From contig JBOGEX010000126.1 in assembly GCA_050741915.1 (NCBI GenBank), positions 10,668 to 74,667 of the forward strand: a stretch of DNA of 64,000 bases, read 5' to 3'. Numbering within the stretch: the stretch's first letter is position 1; the number at the start of each line of letters is the position of its first letter. The notes beneath the pieces were generated by a model. That model worked only from the letters and a program-made list of their open reading frames with translations. It was not told where the DNA came from and made no database searches. Source of the stretch: Acidimicrobiia bacterium (GTDB lineage Bacteria > Actinomycetota > Acidimicrobiia > Spongiisociales > ZC4RG35). The position numbers and the translations under genes were made by a program. Shown here in pieces: positions 1 to 8,191 of this stretch.

Positions 1-228
1 GCTTCATCAGCCGGCCAGGTTGAAATCGCGGTCGAGGTCACCTCCGACATCCACCCTGGTGTGGTCTCGATTCCGTATGGCTGGGGTCATGGCCGCCTGG
101 GATCGGCGATGAAGGTTGCCGTCGCCTACGCCGGAGTCAACGTCAACTTCCTCTCCGACGGGTCGATCGACCCGGTCTCGGGCAACGCGGTCCTCAACGG
201 GATTCCGGTCAAGGTCGGACCCGCCTGA
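1..228 (+). CDS. C-terminal fragment of a molybdopterin oxidoreductase (DMSO-reductase family); the 5' part lies outside the window
   Basis: In-frame translation of 1-225 gives ...VEIAVEVTSDIHPGVVSIPYGWGHGRLGSAMKVAVAYAGVNVNFLSDGSIDPVSGNAVLNGIPVKVGPA*. This is typical of the C-terminal molybdopterin-dinucleotide-binding domain of formate/nitrate-reductase-like enzymes. TGA stop at 226-228. Confidence 0.5.
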   Translation, partial: ASSAGQVEIAVEVTSDIHPGVVSIPYGWGHGRLGSAMKVAVAYAGVNVNFLSDGSIDPVSGNAVLNGIPVKVGPA

Positions 229-235
229 GCGACCG

Positions 236-1528
236 ATGACGCAGCCTGAGAACCCGGGTTTCGAGACCCGGGCAGTGCACGCCGGGGTGAAGGCGGACCC
301 GGCGACCGGGGCCAGGCTGATGCCCATCTACCTCACCGCCGGCTTTGTCTTCGATGACACCGACCACGCCGCCTCGCTCTTCAACCTGGAGCGACCGGGC
401 CACATCTATTCGCGCATCTCCAACCCAACGGTGGCGGCGTTCGAGGAGCGGATGGCATCTCTCGAGGGAGGAGTGGGAGCGGTGGCCACCGCCAGCGGAC
501 AGGCGGCCCTCGCTTTAGCGGTCATGACACTGGTCGGCGCCGGTGGGCACCTGGTGTGCTCGGCCGCGGTTTACGGTGGCACGGCCAATCTCCTCCGCAT
601 CACCCTTCCTCGTTTCGGGATCAGCACCACATTTGTCCGAAGCGATGATCTCGACGGGCTCAAGGCGGCGATTGGCTCCGAAACCGGAGCAGTCATTGCC
701 GAGACGATCGGAAACCCGGGCATGAGTGTCATCGATCAACCACGGGTGGCCGAGATCGCCCACGAGGCAGGCGTGCCCCTGCTGATCGACAACACCTTTG
801 CCACTCCGTATTTATGCCGCCCCTTTGACCATGGGGCTGATCTCGTCATCCATTCGGCCACCAAGTTCCTGGCCGGCAATGGATCTGTGATTGGCGGAGT
901 GTTGGTCGATTCCGGCCGGTTCGACTGGAACTCCTCAGGTCGGTTTCCCGGACTGACCGAGCCCTATGCCCCCTATCACGACGTGGTGTTCACAGATGAG
1001 TTCGGTCCCGCCGCTTTTATTGCCCGTGCTCGCGCCGAGGGACTCCGCGACTTTGGGGCCTGTCTCGCTCCGGAGACTGCCTTTCGACTTCTGCAGAGCA
1101 TCGAATCTTTGCCGGCCAGGATGGACCGCCATCTGGCCAATACCGATCGGATCGTCGACTTTCTCACCGCCGCCCCTGAGGTAGAAAGAGTTCTCTACCC
1201 GGGCCGGGCTGATCATCCCGATTACGAGATCGCTCGACGCATGCTGGCCCGGGGAGCGGGAGCGGTGCTTGCCTTCACCGTCAAAGGCGGACGGGGGGCC
1301 GGGGCGCGGTTCATCGAGGGCGTCAGACTCTTCTCTCACCTCGCCAATGTTGGTGACAGTCGTTCCCTGGTCATTCATCCGGCCTCGACCACTCATCAGC
1401 AACTCGACTCCGAGGGACTGCGCATGGCGGGTGTCGACCCGGGCTTGGTGCGGATCTCGGTCGGGCTCGAGAGTCCCGACGATCTCATAGCCGATCTCCG
1501 ACGGGGGCTTCGATCGAGCCAGGGCTAA
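236..1528 (+). CDS. metY: O-acetylhomoserine aminocarboxypropyltransferase/sulfhydrylase (PLP-dependent Cys/Met-metabolism family)
   Basis: ORF 116-1528. I place the start at ATG 236 (MTQPENPGFETRAVHAG...) just after the upstream stop. The ORF carries the family motifs (SRISNPT, HSATKFLAGNG, VGDSRSLVIHPASTTH) and is about 430 aa. Confidence 0.85.
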   Translation: MTQPENPGFETRAVHAGVKADPATGARLMPIYLTAGFVFDDTDHAASLFNLERPGHIYSRISNPTVAAFEERMASLEGGVGAVATASGQAALALAVMTLVGAGGHLVCSAAVYGGTANLLRITLPRFGISTTFVRSDDLDGLKAAIGSETGAVIAETIGNPGMSVIDQPRVAEIAHEAGVPLLIDNTFATPYLCRPFDHGADLVIHSATKFLAGNGSVIGGVLVDSGRFDWNSSGRFPGLTEPYAPYHDVVFTDEFGPAAFIARARAEGLRDFGACLAPETAFRLLQSIESLPARMDRHLANTDRIVDFLTAAPEVERVLYPGRADHPDYEIARRMLARGAGAVLAFTVKGGRGAGARFIEGVRLFSHLANVGDSRSLVIHPASTTHQQLDSEGLRMAGVDPGLVRISVGLESPDDLIADLRRGLRSSQG

Positions 1529-1530
1529 TT

Positions 1531-2247
1531 GTCCTCATCCACGGTGCGGGCGAGAACCACACCAGGTGGCGTTATCAATCCCGGTGGCTGCGGAGCCGCG
1601 GCTTCCAGGTGCTGGCCCTCGACCTTCCCGGCCACGGTGACGACCAGGGCGAGCCCTTGCTTACGGTCGAAGCGATGGCGATGTGGGTGGCGGGAGAGTT
1701 TGACCGGCCCGCCACGGTCGTCGGTCACAGTCTGGGTGGGCTGATCGCGCTCGAACTGACTCGGATACGCCCGGATCTGGTCGAACGGCTGGTCCTTTCC
1801 GGTACGTCGACCTCCATCGAAGTCAACGCCGAGCTCCAGGAGGCGGCGGACCAGCGACTCGCCCAAGCCGTGGCGATGATCGTCGGTTGGTCCTATGACT
1901 CCATCGCTCGCCTAGGTGGTCATCCCGACCCCGGCATCGCCCCCTCCATCGTCACCGGACGACTAATCGAGTCCGAGCTCGGGAACCTGGGCACCGACCT
2001 CCGGGCGACCGCGTCCTACCGGCGCGGCGAGGAGGCTGCTTTGGGCATCAAGGTTCCAACCCTTGTCATTGCCGGAGCGCTCGATCGAATGGTGCCTCTG
2101 GCTTCCGTCCGCCGATTGGCCGCGGCGATCGAGGGGGCTCACCTCGAGATCCTGGAGGAGGCGGGCCACATGATGTTGACCGACTCTCCCAACCAGGTCC
2201 GTGGGCTCTTGGCGAGCGTCCTGCTGTTAGCTTTGCGCCCGGAATGA
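1531..2247 (+). CDS. Alpha/beta-hydrolase fold protein (start codon uncertain)
   Basis: In-frame reading from 1531 gives VLIHGAGENHTRWRYQSRWLRSRGFQVLALDLPGHGDD, followed by the ORF-track product 1609-2247 (nucleophile elbow GHSLGG). There is no canonical ATG/GTG/TTG between the metY stop (1526-1528) and the LIHGAG motif. Confidence 0.6.
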   Translation, partial: VLIHGAGENHTRWRYQSRWLRSRGFQVLALDLPGHGDDQGEPLLTVEAMAMWVAGEFDRPATVVGHSLGGLIALELTRIRPDLVERLVLSGTSTSIEVNAELQEAADQRLAQAVAMIVGWSYDSIARLGGHPDPGIAPSIVTGRLIESELGNLGTDLRATASYRRGEEAALGIKVPTLVIAGALDRMVPLASVRRLAAAIEGAHLEILEEAGHMMLTDSPNQVRGLLASVLLLALRPE

Positions 2248-2885
2248 TCCATCCCCTGACGTGGCTGGCTCCAATCCTCTGCTATCTGATCGGGGCGATT
2301 CCATTCGCCTTCGTCATCGGCAAGCTGCGCGGTGTCGATCTGCGCGAAGTCGGAACGGGCAATGTCGGCGCCGGGAACCTCACCCGTACGGTGGGCGTGA
2401 AAGCGGGCATCGCCGCCGCTTTGCTCGACGGCTTCAAGGGGCTGATTCCGGTCCTGCTTTTGCGCGAGTGGGAGATAGGTCCGGCCGTCGTCGCCATCTC
2501 GGGTCTGGCCGTAGTCATCGGGCACAACTGGTCGATCTTCATGCGGGGTCGCTCAGGACGGGGCCTGGCTCCATCGTCTGGAGTGCTCCTCGGAGTCGAG
2601 CCCTCTCTGATCGTGTGGCCGGGAGGATGGGCGGTGGCCGGATGGAGATTCGGCGGGGGTGTGTGTGGTTTTCTTGGCTGGGCGTCGTTACCGGTGGTTT
2701 CAGTTCTGCTCCGGCGGCCGGCGTCATCTGTTCTCGCCGGCCTGGGCCTCAGTCTCTTGATGCTCGTCCGTCGAATCCAAGGCAATCCCGGCCGTCTTCC
2801 GGGGATACGGGCAGCCCTTCATCGCGCGGTCTTCGATACCGATGGCGGCGAACTATCGGAGGCGAAGGAGTCGGTCCGCCCCTGA
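2244..2885 (+). CDS. plsY: Glycerol-3-phosphate acyltransferase PlsY
   Basis: 213-aa membrane protein with the PlsY signature GTGNVGAGN and IGHNWSIF. Its ATG overlaps the upstream stop (ATGA). Confidence 0.85.
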   Translation: MIHPLTWLAPILCYLIGAIPFAFVIGKLRGVDLREVGTGNVGAGNLTRTVGVKAGIAAALLDGFKGLIPVLLLREWEIGPAVVAISGLAVVIGHNWSIFMRGRSGRGLAPSSGVLLGVEPSLIVWPGGWAVAGWRFGGGVCGFLGWASLPVVSVLLRRPASSVLAGLGLSLLMLVRRIQGNPGRLPGIRAALHRAVFDTDGGELSEAKESVRP

Positions 2886-3805
2886 TGCGGCGCCTGAGCC
2901 GCCGCACCATACTCGTCATCGGCGCGGTCACGGCATTGGTCTACGCGACGGCCCTGGTTCTGACTCTGACGAATCTCGACATTCCCCGCTTTGGTTTGTT
3001 GTCGAGCATCCTTCTGGTGGTGGCCGCCGCCGGTCAACTGGCGGCCCTCTGGGCGTTCGGCATGCAGTTCCGTCACGGCGTGGTTGAGACCGGGGGTCAC
3101 CTTCAGCCCAGGTCGGCGGTGAGGGCGGCGCTGGTGGGAGCAGGCGTGGCCAGACTGATCCCCGCCGGCGGAGCGATGACGCCGGTGGCGATGTCGTGGA
3201 TGGTGCGCAAGGAGGCCCGGGCATCGGGAGGGGCGGCGGTGCGGGCGACGGTCCTCAACTACGCCGGGCTGCTGCTTAGCACCGGGTTCGCCTTGCTGTG
3301 GGTCATCAACCGCGGTCTCTTCGAATCGCTCGAAGCTGGCACCTGGGTCCTGGGGATCTTCGCCATCATCATCGGGCTCGTGTTGTTGTTCGGCACGAGG
3401 CTCATCGGCCTTCTGGCCGCTCGTCTTCCCGCCAAGCTTCGGGACCGTCTGGGTCCGCCGATGGAGAGCCACATCCCCGACGGTCGCTCGCAATTTCTCC
3501 TCTGGTCGCGGCTGGCCCTGGAAGCGTTCGCTCTCTTCCTGGTTCTGCAGGCCTTTGGCCTTCATCTCACGCCGATGCAGACGGCTGCCGCTTTCGGGGT
3601 CGGTCAACTCGCCGGTGGCCTTCCGGGGACGCCGGGGGGAGTTGGCTTTGCGGAGGCAGGCCTCGTCGGCGCTCTGGCCGCATTCGGTTTCGAGGCCGAG
3701 ATCTCCTTGGCTCCGGTTTTGATCTACCGGATCGTCTCCTACTGGATCCCGCTCATCGCAGGTCTGGTGGCCGGAGGGTCGTCGTTTCTCAAGGAAACGA
3801 CTTGA
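2885..3805 (+). CDS. Flippase-like / lysylphosphatidylglycerol-synthase transmembrane-domain protein (UPF0104)
   Basis: ATG at 2885 overlaps the plsY TGA (TGATG). The product MRRLSRRTILVIGAVTALVYAT... is polytopic and glycine-rich, typical of the LPG-synthase TM / flippase-like family. The longer track ORF 2261-3805 overlaps plsY out of frame and is rejected upstream of 2885. Confidence 0.7.
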   Translation: MRRLSRRTILVIGAVTALVYATALVLTLTNLDIPRFGLLSSILLVVAAAGQLAALWAFGMQFRHGVVETGGHLQPRSAVRAALVGAGVARLIPAGGAMTPVAMSWMVRKEARASGGAAVRATVLNYAGLLLSTGFALLWVINRGLFESLEAGTWVLGIFAIIIGLVLLFGTRLIGLLAARLPAKLRDRLGPPMESHIPDGRSQFLLWSRLALEAFALFLVLQAFGLHLTPMQTAAAFGVGQLAGGLPGTPGGVGFAEAGLVGALAAFGFEAEISLAPVLIYRIVSYWIPLIAGLVAGGSSFLKETT

Positions 3806-3806
3806 G

Positions 3807-3877
3807 CCTCGTTCTCTGAGCTGTAGACGCTGTAGAACAGCGTCTACAACCCTTGGGTTCGCTCAAGGTTTGGGGGG
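3807..3877 (+). repeat. About 65-70 bp palindromic intergenic element, copy 1 of 4 (hairpin plus AACCC-N-GGGTT)
   Basis: CTCGTTCTCTGAGCTGTAGACGCTGtagaaCAGCGTCTACAACCCTTGGGTTCGCTCAAGG lies immediately after the stop at 3803-3805. Central 11-bp perfect stem; the 3' end overlaps the stop of the convergent gene at 3863-3865. Related copies at 17551-17619, 41884-41945 (reverse) and 56437-56497 (reverse). Confidence 0.7.
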
Positions 3878-4639
3878 ACGGCTGGGTCCGGGTGGCCCGG
3901 CAAAGATCTGGGCTACATCCATCCACTGGCGAGCAATGGGACCTTCGATATTGAGATCGGTGTCGCGGTAGTTGATTCGCTGGGCGACCACCAGGCAGAA
4001 GTCGAGCGCGGGACCGGAGATGGATTCATCCGAGTCTTGGTTCCAAACCTGCATGTTCCCGGCGGGTCCGGTGAGCTCAACCCGAACCCGGTCTGTCGGC
4101 ACTTCCAGGCCCCGATTGAGGAAGCTCCAGGAGAAGGTTTTGACCCCGAGCTCGGCAATGTGGAATAGCCGATCGGTAGGACGGCGCTCGACCGCAAGTG
4201 CTTCGGCTACATCGTGGCCGTGCGCCCACGTTTCCATCAGCCGGGCGGTGGCCGCCGAGCGCGCCTTCATCGGTGGCCCGTACCAGGGGAGCTGTTCCTC
4301 GGGAGCCAAACCCCAGAGGGCAGTGAGCTCCTCGGCGCGGGCTGTTCGCCACCATTCGAGCACCTCTGCGGACTCTAAGGAGCGGCCATGATTGAGCCCG
4401 ATGGCCATGTATTCGTTGTAGTCCCCGGTGAGGCGCTGGTTGACTTCACGGCCAAATCCCTCAGGATCGAGAATCGCCTGAGTCTGGCGCTCGTCGAAGA
4501 AGGCAAGGTGGGAGATGGTGTCGCGAATCGACCACGGCTCGGCGGCGGTGGGGAGGTACCATTGCTCCGGCGAAAGAGCGGCGACGAGGCGGTCGAGGTC
4601 ATCTTGTTCCGCCACCAGATCGAGGAGTAGGTCACGCAC
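3863..4639 (-). CDS. DinB/maleylpyruvate-isomerase-like (mycothiol-dependent enzyme family, TIGR03084-like) protein
   Basis: 258-aa ORF. The N-terminal DinB_2-like region carries conserved His (ISHLAFFDE). Actinobacterial-type family; call from family resemblance only. Confidence 0.5.
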   Translation of the reverse strand: MRDLLLDLVAEQDDLDRLVAALSPEQWYLPTAAEPWSIRDTISHLAFFDERQTQAILDPEGFGREVNQRLTGDYNEYMAIGLNHGRSLESAEVLEWWRTARAEELTALWGLAPEEQLPWYGPPMKARSAATARLMETWAHGHDVAEALAVERRPTDRLFHIAELGVKTFSWSFLNRGLEVPTDRVRVELTGPAGNMQVWNQDSDESISGPALDFCLVVAQRINYRDTDLNIEGPIARQWMDVAQIFAGPPGPSRPPKP

Positions 4640-5504
4640 GCGCTACATCTCCGGCGAGCCGGCGAAGCGCCTTGATGAGGGCGTGGTTTCCCTCCGCGCC
4701 CAGCCCCGACTGCTGGAGCGCCCGAAAGAGCTGAAAGATGAGGGCGGTGCCAGGGAGCGGGGCACCAATCTCGTCGGCGGTGTCGAGCACCAGGCGGAGG
4801 TCCTTCTGCTGCAGGTCGATCGTGAAGCCGGGTTCCCAATCGTCGGCGATCATCTGCGGCCCGCGATTGGACAGCATCCAGGAGCCGCCGGCTCCTCCCT
4901 TGACCGCCTCGAGGGTGCGGGCGAGATCGAGGCCCGCAGCCTCGGCAAAGAGCAGGGCCTCGGAGGCGGCCATTTGGTTTCCCACCACGAGGATCTGATT
5001 CACGAGCTTGGCCAGCTGCCCGCTTCCGACCGGCCCGAGGTGGGTGATAGTCGTCGAGTAGGTCTCAAGAAAAGGACACGCCCGCGCCAAGTCGGCTTCG
5101 CTTCCCCCCACCATTGTCGTCAGGGTGCCGTTGGCCGCACCTTCGGACCCTCCGCTCACCGGTGCGTCGAGCCAATCGACCTTTCGTTCCAACAGCTCCA
5201 GAGCCAGCCGCCGCGTCTCGGTGGGAGAGATCGTGGAGTGATCGACGAGCAGTTTGCCTGCGCTCAGTCCCTCGCTCAGGCCGGAGACAACCTCGACCAC
5301 ATCCGGCGTGTCGGAGACGCACATGATGATGACGTCAGCCTGTTTGGCGAGGGAAGGGAGGTCATCGGCCTCTGTCAGAGCAAGTCCCCGGGCCTTTCCC
5401 GGGGTGCGATTCCAAACCGTCGGCCGATATCCCTTGGCCACCAGGTTGGCGACCATTCCCCGCCCCATGATTCCGAGGCCTACGAACCCAATTCGCTCCT
5501 CCAT
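4632..5504 (-). CDS. NAD(P)-dependent 3-hydroxyisobutyrate dehydrogenase / 2-hydroxy-3-oxopropionate reductase family oxidoreductase
   Basis: Rossmann motif IGFVGLGIMG at the N-terminus, plus the 6-phosphogluconate-dehydrogenase-like NAD-binding and C-terminal domains (GPVGSGQLAKLVNQ). Confidence 0.8.
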   Translation of the reverse strand: MEERIGFVGLGIMGRGMVANLVAKGYRPTVWNRTPGKARGLALTEADDLPSLAKQADVIIMCVSDTPDVVEVVSGLSEGLSAGKLLVDHSTISPTETRRLALELLERKVDWLDAPVSGGSEGAANGTLTTMVGGSEADLARACPFLETYSTTITHLGPVGSGQLAKLVNQILVVGNQMAASEALLFAEAAGLDLARTLEAVKGGAGGSWMLSNRGPQMIADDWEPGFTIDLQQKDLRLVLDTADEIGAPLPGTALIFQLFRALQQSGLGAEGNHALIKALRRLAGDVARA

Positions 5505-5524
5505 CCGCCGACAACACTATTCGG

Positions 5525-6199
5525 GTGGGGTACCTTGATCGGGTGGACGACCGTCCCACCATCGTCAAGCAGGCATCGCGCTGGCCGTATGCGCTGGTGG
5601 TGATGACAATTCTCTTGCTACTGGCAGGGTTTCTGGCAGTCCGGGCGATAGTCGACCGCATCCCCACGGTCGATGACATCTCCACCGCCTTCAAAGGCGA
5701 GCCTTTCGAAGAAGTCGGTCCGGTCGTGATCCGCTCGATCCGTGAGCTGGCCAACCTGACGACGGTCGAGTACGTCGAATACACCATCGTCGAGAAGGGC
5801 ACGAACTCCGGCATCCTCAACTGGGCGACGGGTGATTCCTTGACGCTCCTGGCAGTGGCCCGGATCGGGGCGGGTGTCGACCTCTCAGCTCTCGACGCCT
5901 CCTCGTTTGACGTCAATCTCGAAACCGGCGAGGTGGTGGTACGCCTGCCGCCAGCCGACATCCAGTACGTCGCGGTCGACAACGAAGCGACCCAGGTGCT
6001 CGACCGGTCGACCGGGGTCTTCAGACAAGGCGATCCTCGCCTGGAAACGGATGCCCGCCTGGTGGCCGAGAATGTTCTGGTCGAACAAGCCCGGGTGTCG
6101 GGCATCATCGACGAGGCCGAGGTGAACGCCGCCGAGGTTCTGACCAACTTCCTGCTGGGGCTCGGTTACAGCGACGTCAGCGTGGTCCAGGCCGGTTAG
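5525..6199 (+). CDS. DUF4230-family membrane-anchored protein
   Basis: N-terminal TM helix (ALVVMTILLLLAGFLAV) followed by a soluble domain. Family assignment from overall resemblance. Start could be GTG 5525 or ATG 5600. Confidence 0.45.
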   Translation: MGYLDRVDDRPTIVKQASRWPYALVVMTILLLLAGFLAVRAIVDRIPTVDDISTAFKGEPFEEVGPVVIRSIRELANLTTVEYVEYTIVEKGTNSGILNWATGDSLTLLAVARIGAGVDLSALDASSFDVNLETGEVVVRLPPADIQYVAVDNEATQVLDRSTGVFRQGDPRLETDARLVAENVLVEQARVSGIIDEAEVNAAEVLTNFLLGLGYSDVSVVQAG

Positions 6200-8172
6200 G
6201 ACTCGACCACCACCAGCACCTGTCCGGCCGCGACTTGTTCGCCTTCGATGGATCTAATCGCTTTCACCATTCCCGAGTGAGGCGCTCGCAGGCTGTGCTC
6301 CATCTTCATGGCCTCGAGCACCACCAACACCTGTCCTTCGTCGACGATCTCGCCTTCGCTCACCAGGACCTTGATGACCTTGCCCGGCATTGGAGCATGG
6401 AGGGAGCCTGCTTCCTCCTCGATCGACGATTCCGGAAAGCGCGGGAGCTCGCGCAATCGCAGATATCCGCTCGGCCCGTCGACATGAAAGGTATCTCCCA
6501 CCCGATTGACGGCAAACCAGCGCAGATGTCCATCAAGGACTAAGCCGATCCGATCTCCGGCCGCGTGGTGGACCTCGAGTCCCGACAACGGTCGACCGTC
6601 GACTTCTGCCATCACGATCTCGCCCTGGTGTCGGTATCCGATTCGGACTTCTTGGTGACCACGGGCGAAGGTGACTGCCTGTGATTGAGATGGGTTGTTG
6701 CGCCAGCCCGAAGGGAGGCTCGGCAGGAGGTCGGCTTCCGATCTACGGGCCTGGGCGGCGGCGAGAGCCGCGGCCACGGCAGCCAATTCCGATTCTTCTC
6801 GACTCGGAAGCGGGCCACCAAGTTCGATGGGCGAGTTTCGCTCGAGGAAGTGGGTGTCGGTCTGTCCGGCGAGGAATTCGGGATGGCGGAGGATGCGGAC
6901 CAGAAGGTCGCGGTTGTTGGTAGGTCCGTGGATACGCGCCGTTTGCAGCGAGTGGGCGAGTAGGGAGGCGGCCTCATCGCGGGTCTCGGCCCAGGCGATC
7001 ACCTTGGCGATCATCGGGTCATAGAACGGACTGATCTCCGAGCCGCTTTCGACACCGGAGTCGATCCGCAAGCCGGGGAGCGATTCGAATTCGAAGCGGT
7101 CGACCTTCCCACTCACCGGTAAGAAGTCGTGAGTGGGATCCTCGGCATAGAGGCGGACTTCAATGGCGTGGCCGATGCGGACCGGTTCCAGCAGCTCCTC
7201 GTTGAGGCGCTCGCCCTGGGCGATCAGGATCTGCCAGCGCACTAGGTCGATACCACAGATCTCCTCCGTTACCGGGTGCTCGACCTGCAAGCGCGTGTTC
7301 ATCTCCAAGAAGAAGAACTCGCCCCGGTCGTAGAGGAACTCAACAGTGCCTGCGCTCTGGTAGTCGACCGCCTTGCACACCGCCACCGCCGCCTCGCACA
7401 TCCGGTCGCGGGTGGACTCGTCGAGAGCCAGCGAGGGTGCCTCCTCAACGATCTTCTGATGACGCCGCTGGATCGAGCACTCCCTTTCGAATAGGGCGCT
7501 GACCTGCCCGTGGCGATCACCGAGGACCTGGATCTCGATGTGGCGCGGCTGGTCGAGGTAGCGCTCGATGAAGACCGTGCCGTCGCCAAAAGCGGAGGTG
7601 GCCTCGCGGGTCGCCGAGGCCACAGCCTCGGTGAGATCGGATTGCTGGCGAACAATCCGCATTCCCTTCCCGCCACCCCCCGCCGAGGCTTTGACCAGCA
7701 CGGGATACCCGATTTTCTCTCCTGATTCTTCGATCCCGGAATTGTCGAGACCGCTCAAATCGATCGACGGGAGAGTGGGCACCCCTGCTGCTTCGACCAG
7801 GCGCTTCGATTCGAGCTTGCTTCCCATGGTCGTTATCGACTGCGGGGTGGGGCCGATCCATGTCAGCCCTGCGGCCACTACCTCAGCAGCAAAACTGCCG
7901 TTTTCGGCCAGGAACCCGTAGCCCGGATGGATGGCATCGGCTCCCGTGACCCTCGCCGCCGCCAGGAGCTTGCGGACATCGAGATAGGACTCGGCCGGAG
8001 CGTTGCCTCTCAAGGCGAAGCCTTCGTCGGCATCTGTCAGGAAGGGAGAGTGGCGGTCGGCTTCGGAGAAGACGGCGACAGTGGCGATCCCCATCGCATG
8101 ACAGGTGCGAAAAATTCGGCGGGCGATCTCCCCGCGGTTGGCTACGAGCACTTTGCTGATCGCTCTGCTCAC
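6196..8172 (-). CDS. Acyl-CoA carboxylase biotin-containing alpha subunit (biotin carboxylase plus BCCP; methylcrotonyl-/propionyl-CoA carboxylase type)
   Basis: N-terminus ISKVLVANRGEIARRIFRTCH (biotin carboxylase). C-terminus VLEAMKMEH (biotinyl-lysine motif). I prefer the GTG start at 8172 (VSRAISKVL...) over the ORF-track ATG at 8277, whose extension is low-complexity. Confidence 0.85.
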   Translation of the reverse strand: MSRAISKVLVANRGEIARRIFRTCHAMGIATVAVFSEADRHSPFLTDADEGFALRGNAPAESYLDVRKLLAAARVTGADAIHPGYGFLAENGSFAAEVVAAGLTWIGPTPQSITTMGSKLESKRLVEAAGVPTLPSIDLSGLDNSGIEESGEKIGYPVLVKASAGGGGKGMRIVRQQSDLTEAVASATREATSAFGDGTVFIERYLDQPRHIEIQVLGDRHGQVSALFERECSIQRRHQKIVEEAPSLALDESTRDRMCEAAVAVCKAVDYQSAGTVEFLYDRGEFFFLEMNTRLQVEHPVTEEICGIDLVRWQILIAQGERLNEELLEPVRIGHAIEVRLYAEDPTHDFLPVSGKVDRFEFESLPGLRIDSGVESGSEISPFYDPMIAKVIAWAETRDEAASLLAHSLQTARIHGPTNNRDLLVRILRHPEFLAGQTDTHFLERNSPIELGGPLPSREESELAAVAAALAAAQARRSEADLLPSLPSGWRNNPSQSQAVTFARGHQEVRIGYRHQGEIVMAEVDGRPLSGLEVHHAAGDRIGLVLDGHLRWFAVNRVGDTFHVDGPSGYLRLRELPRFPESSIEEEAGSLHAPMPGKVIKVLVSEGEIVDEGQVLVVLEAMKMEHSLRAPHSGMVKAIRSIEGEQVAAGQVLVVVES

Positions 8173-8191
8173 GGTCGCCGAGCGTAGCCCT

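Noticed and set aside
2261-2884. 5' two-thirds of the 514-aa ORF 2261-3805 overlapping plsY in another frame
   Set aside because: The translation is Arg/Pro-rich low-complexity text typical of off-frame reading in GC-rich DNA. The real gene starts at ATG 2885, coupled to the plsY stop.
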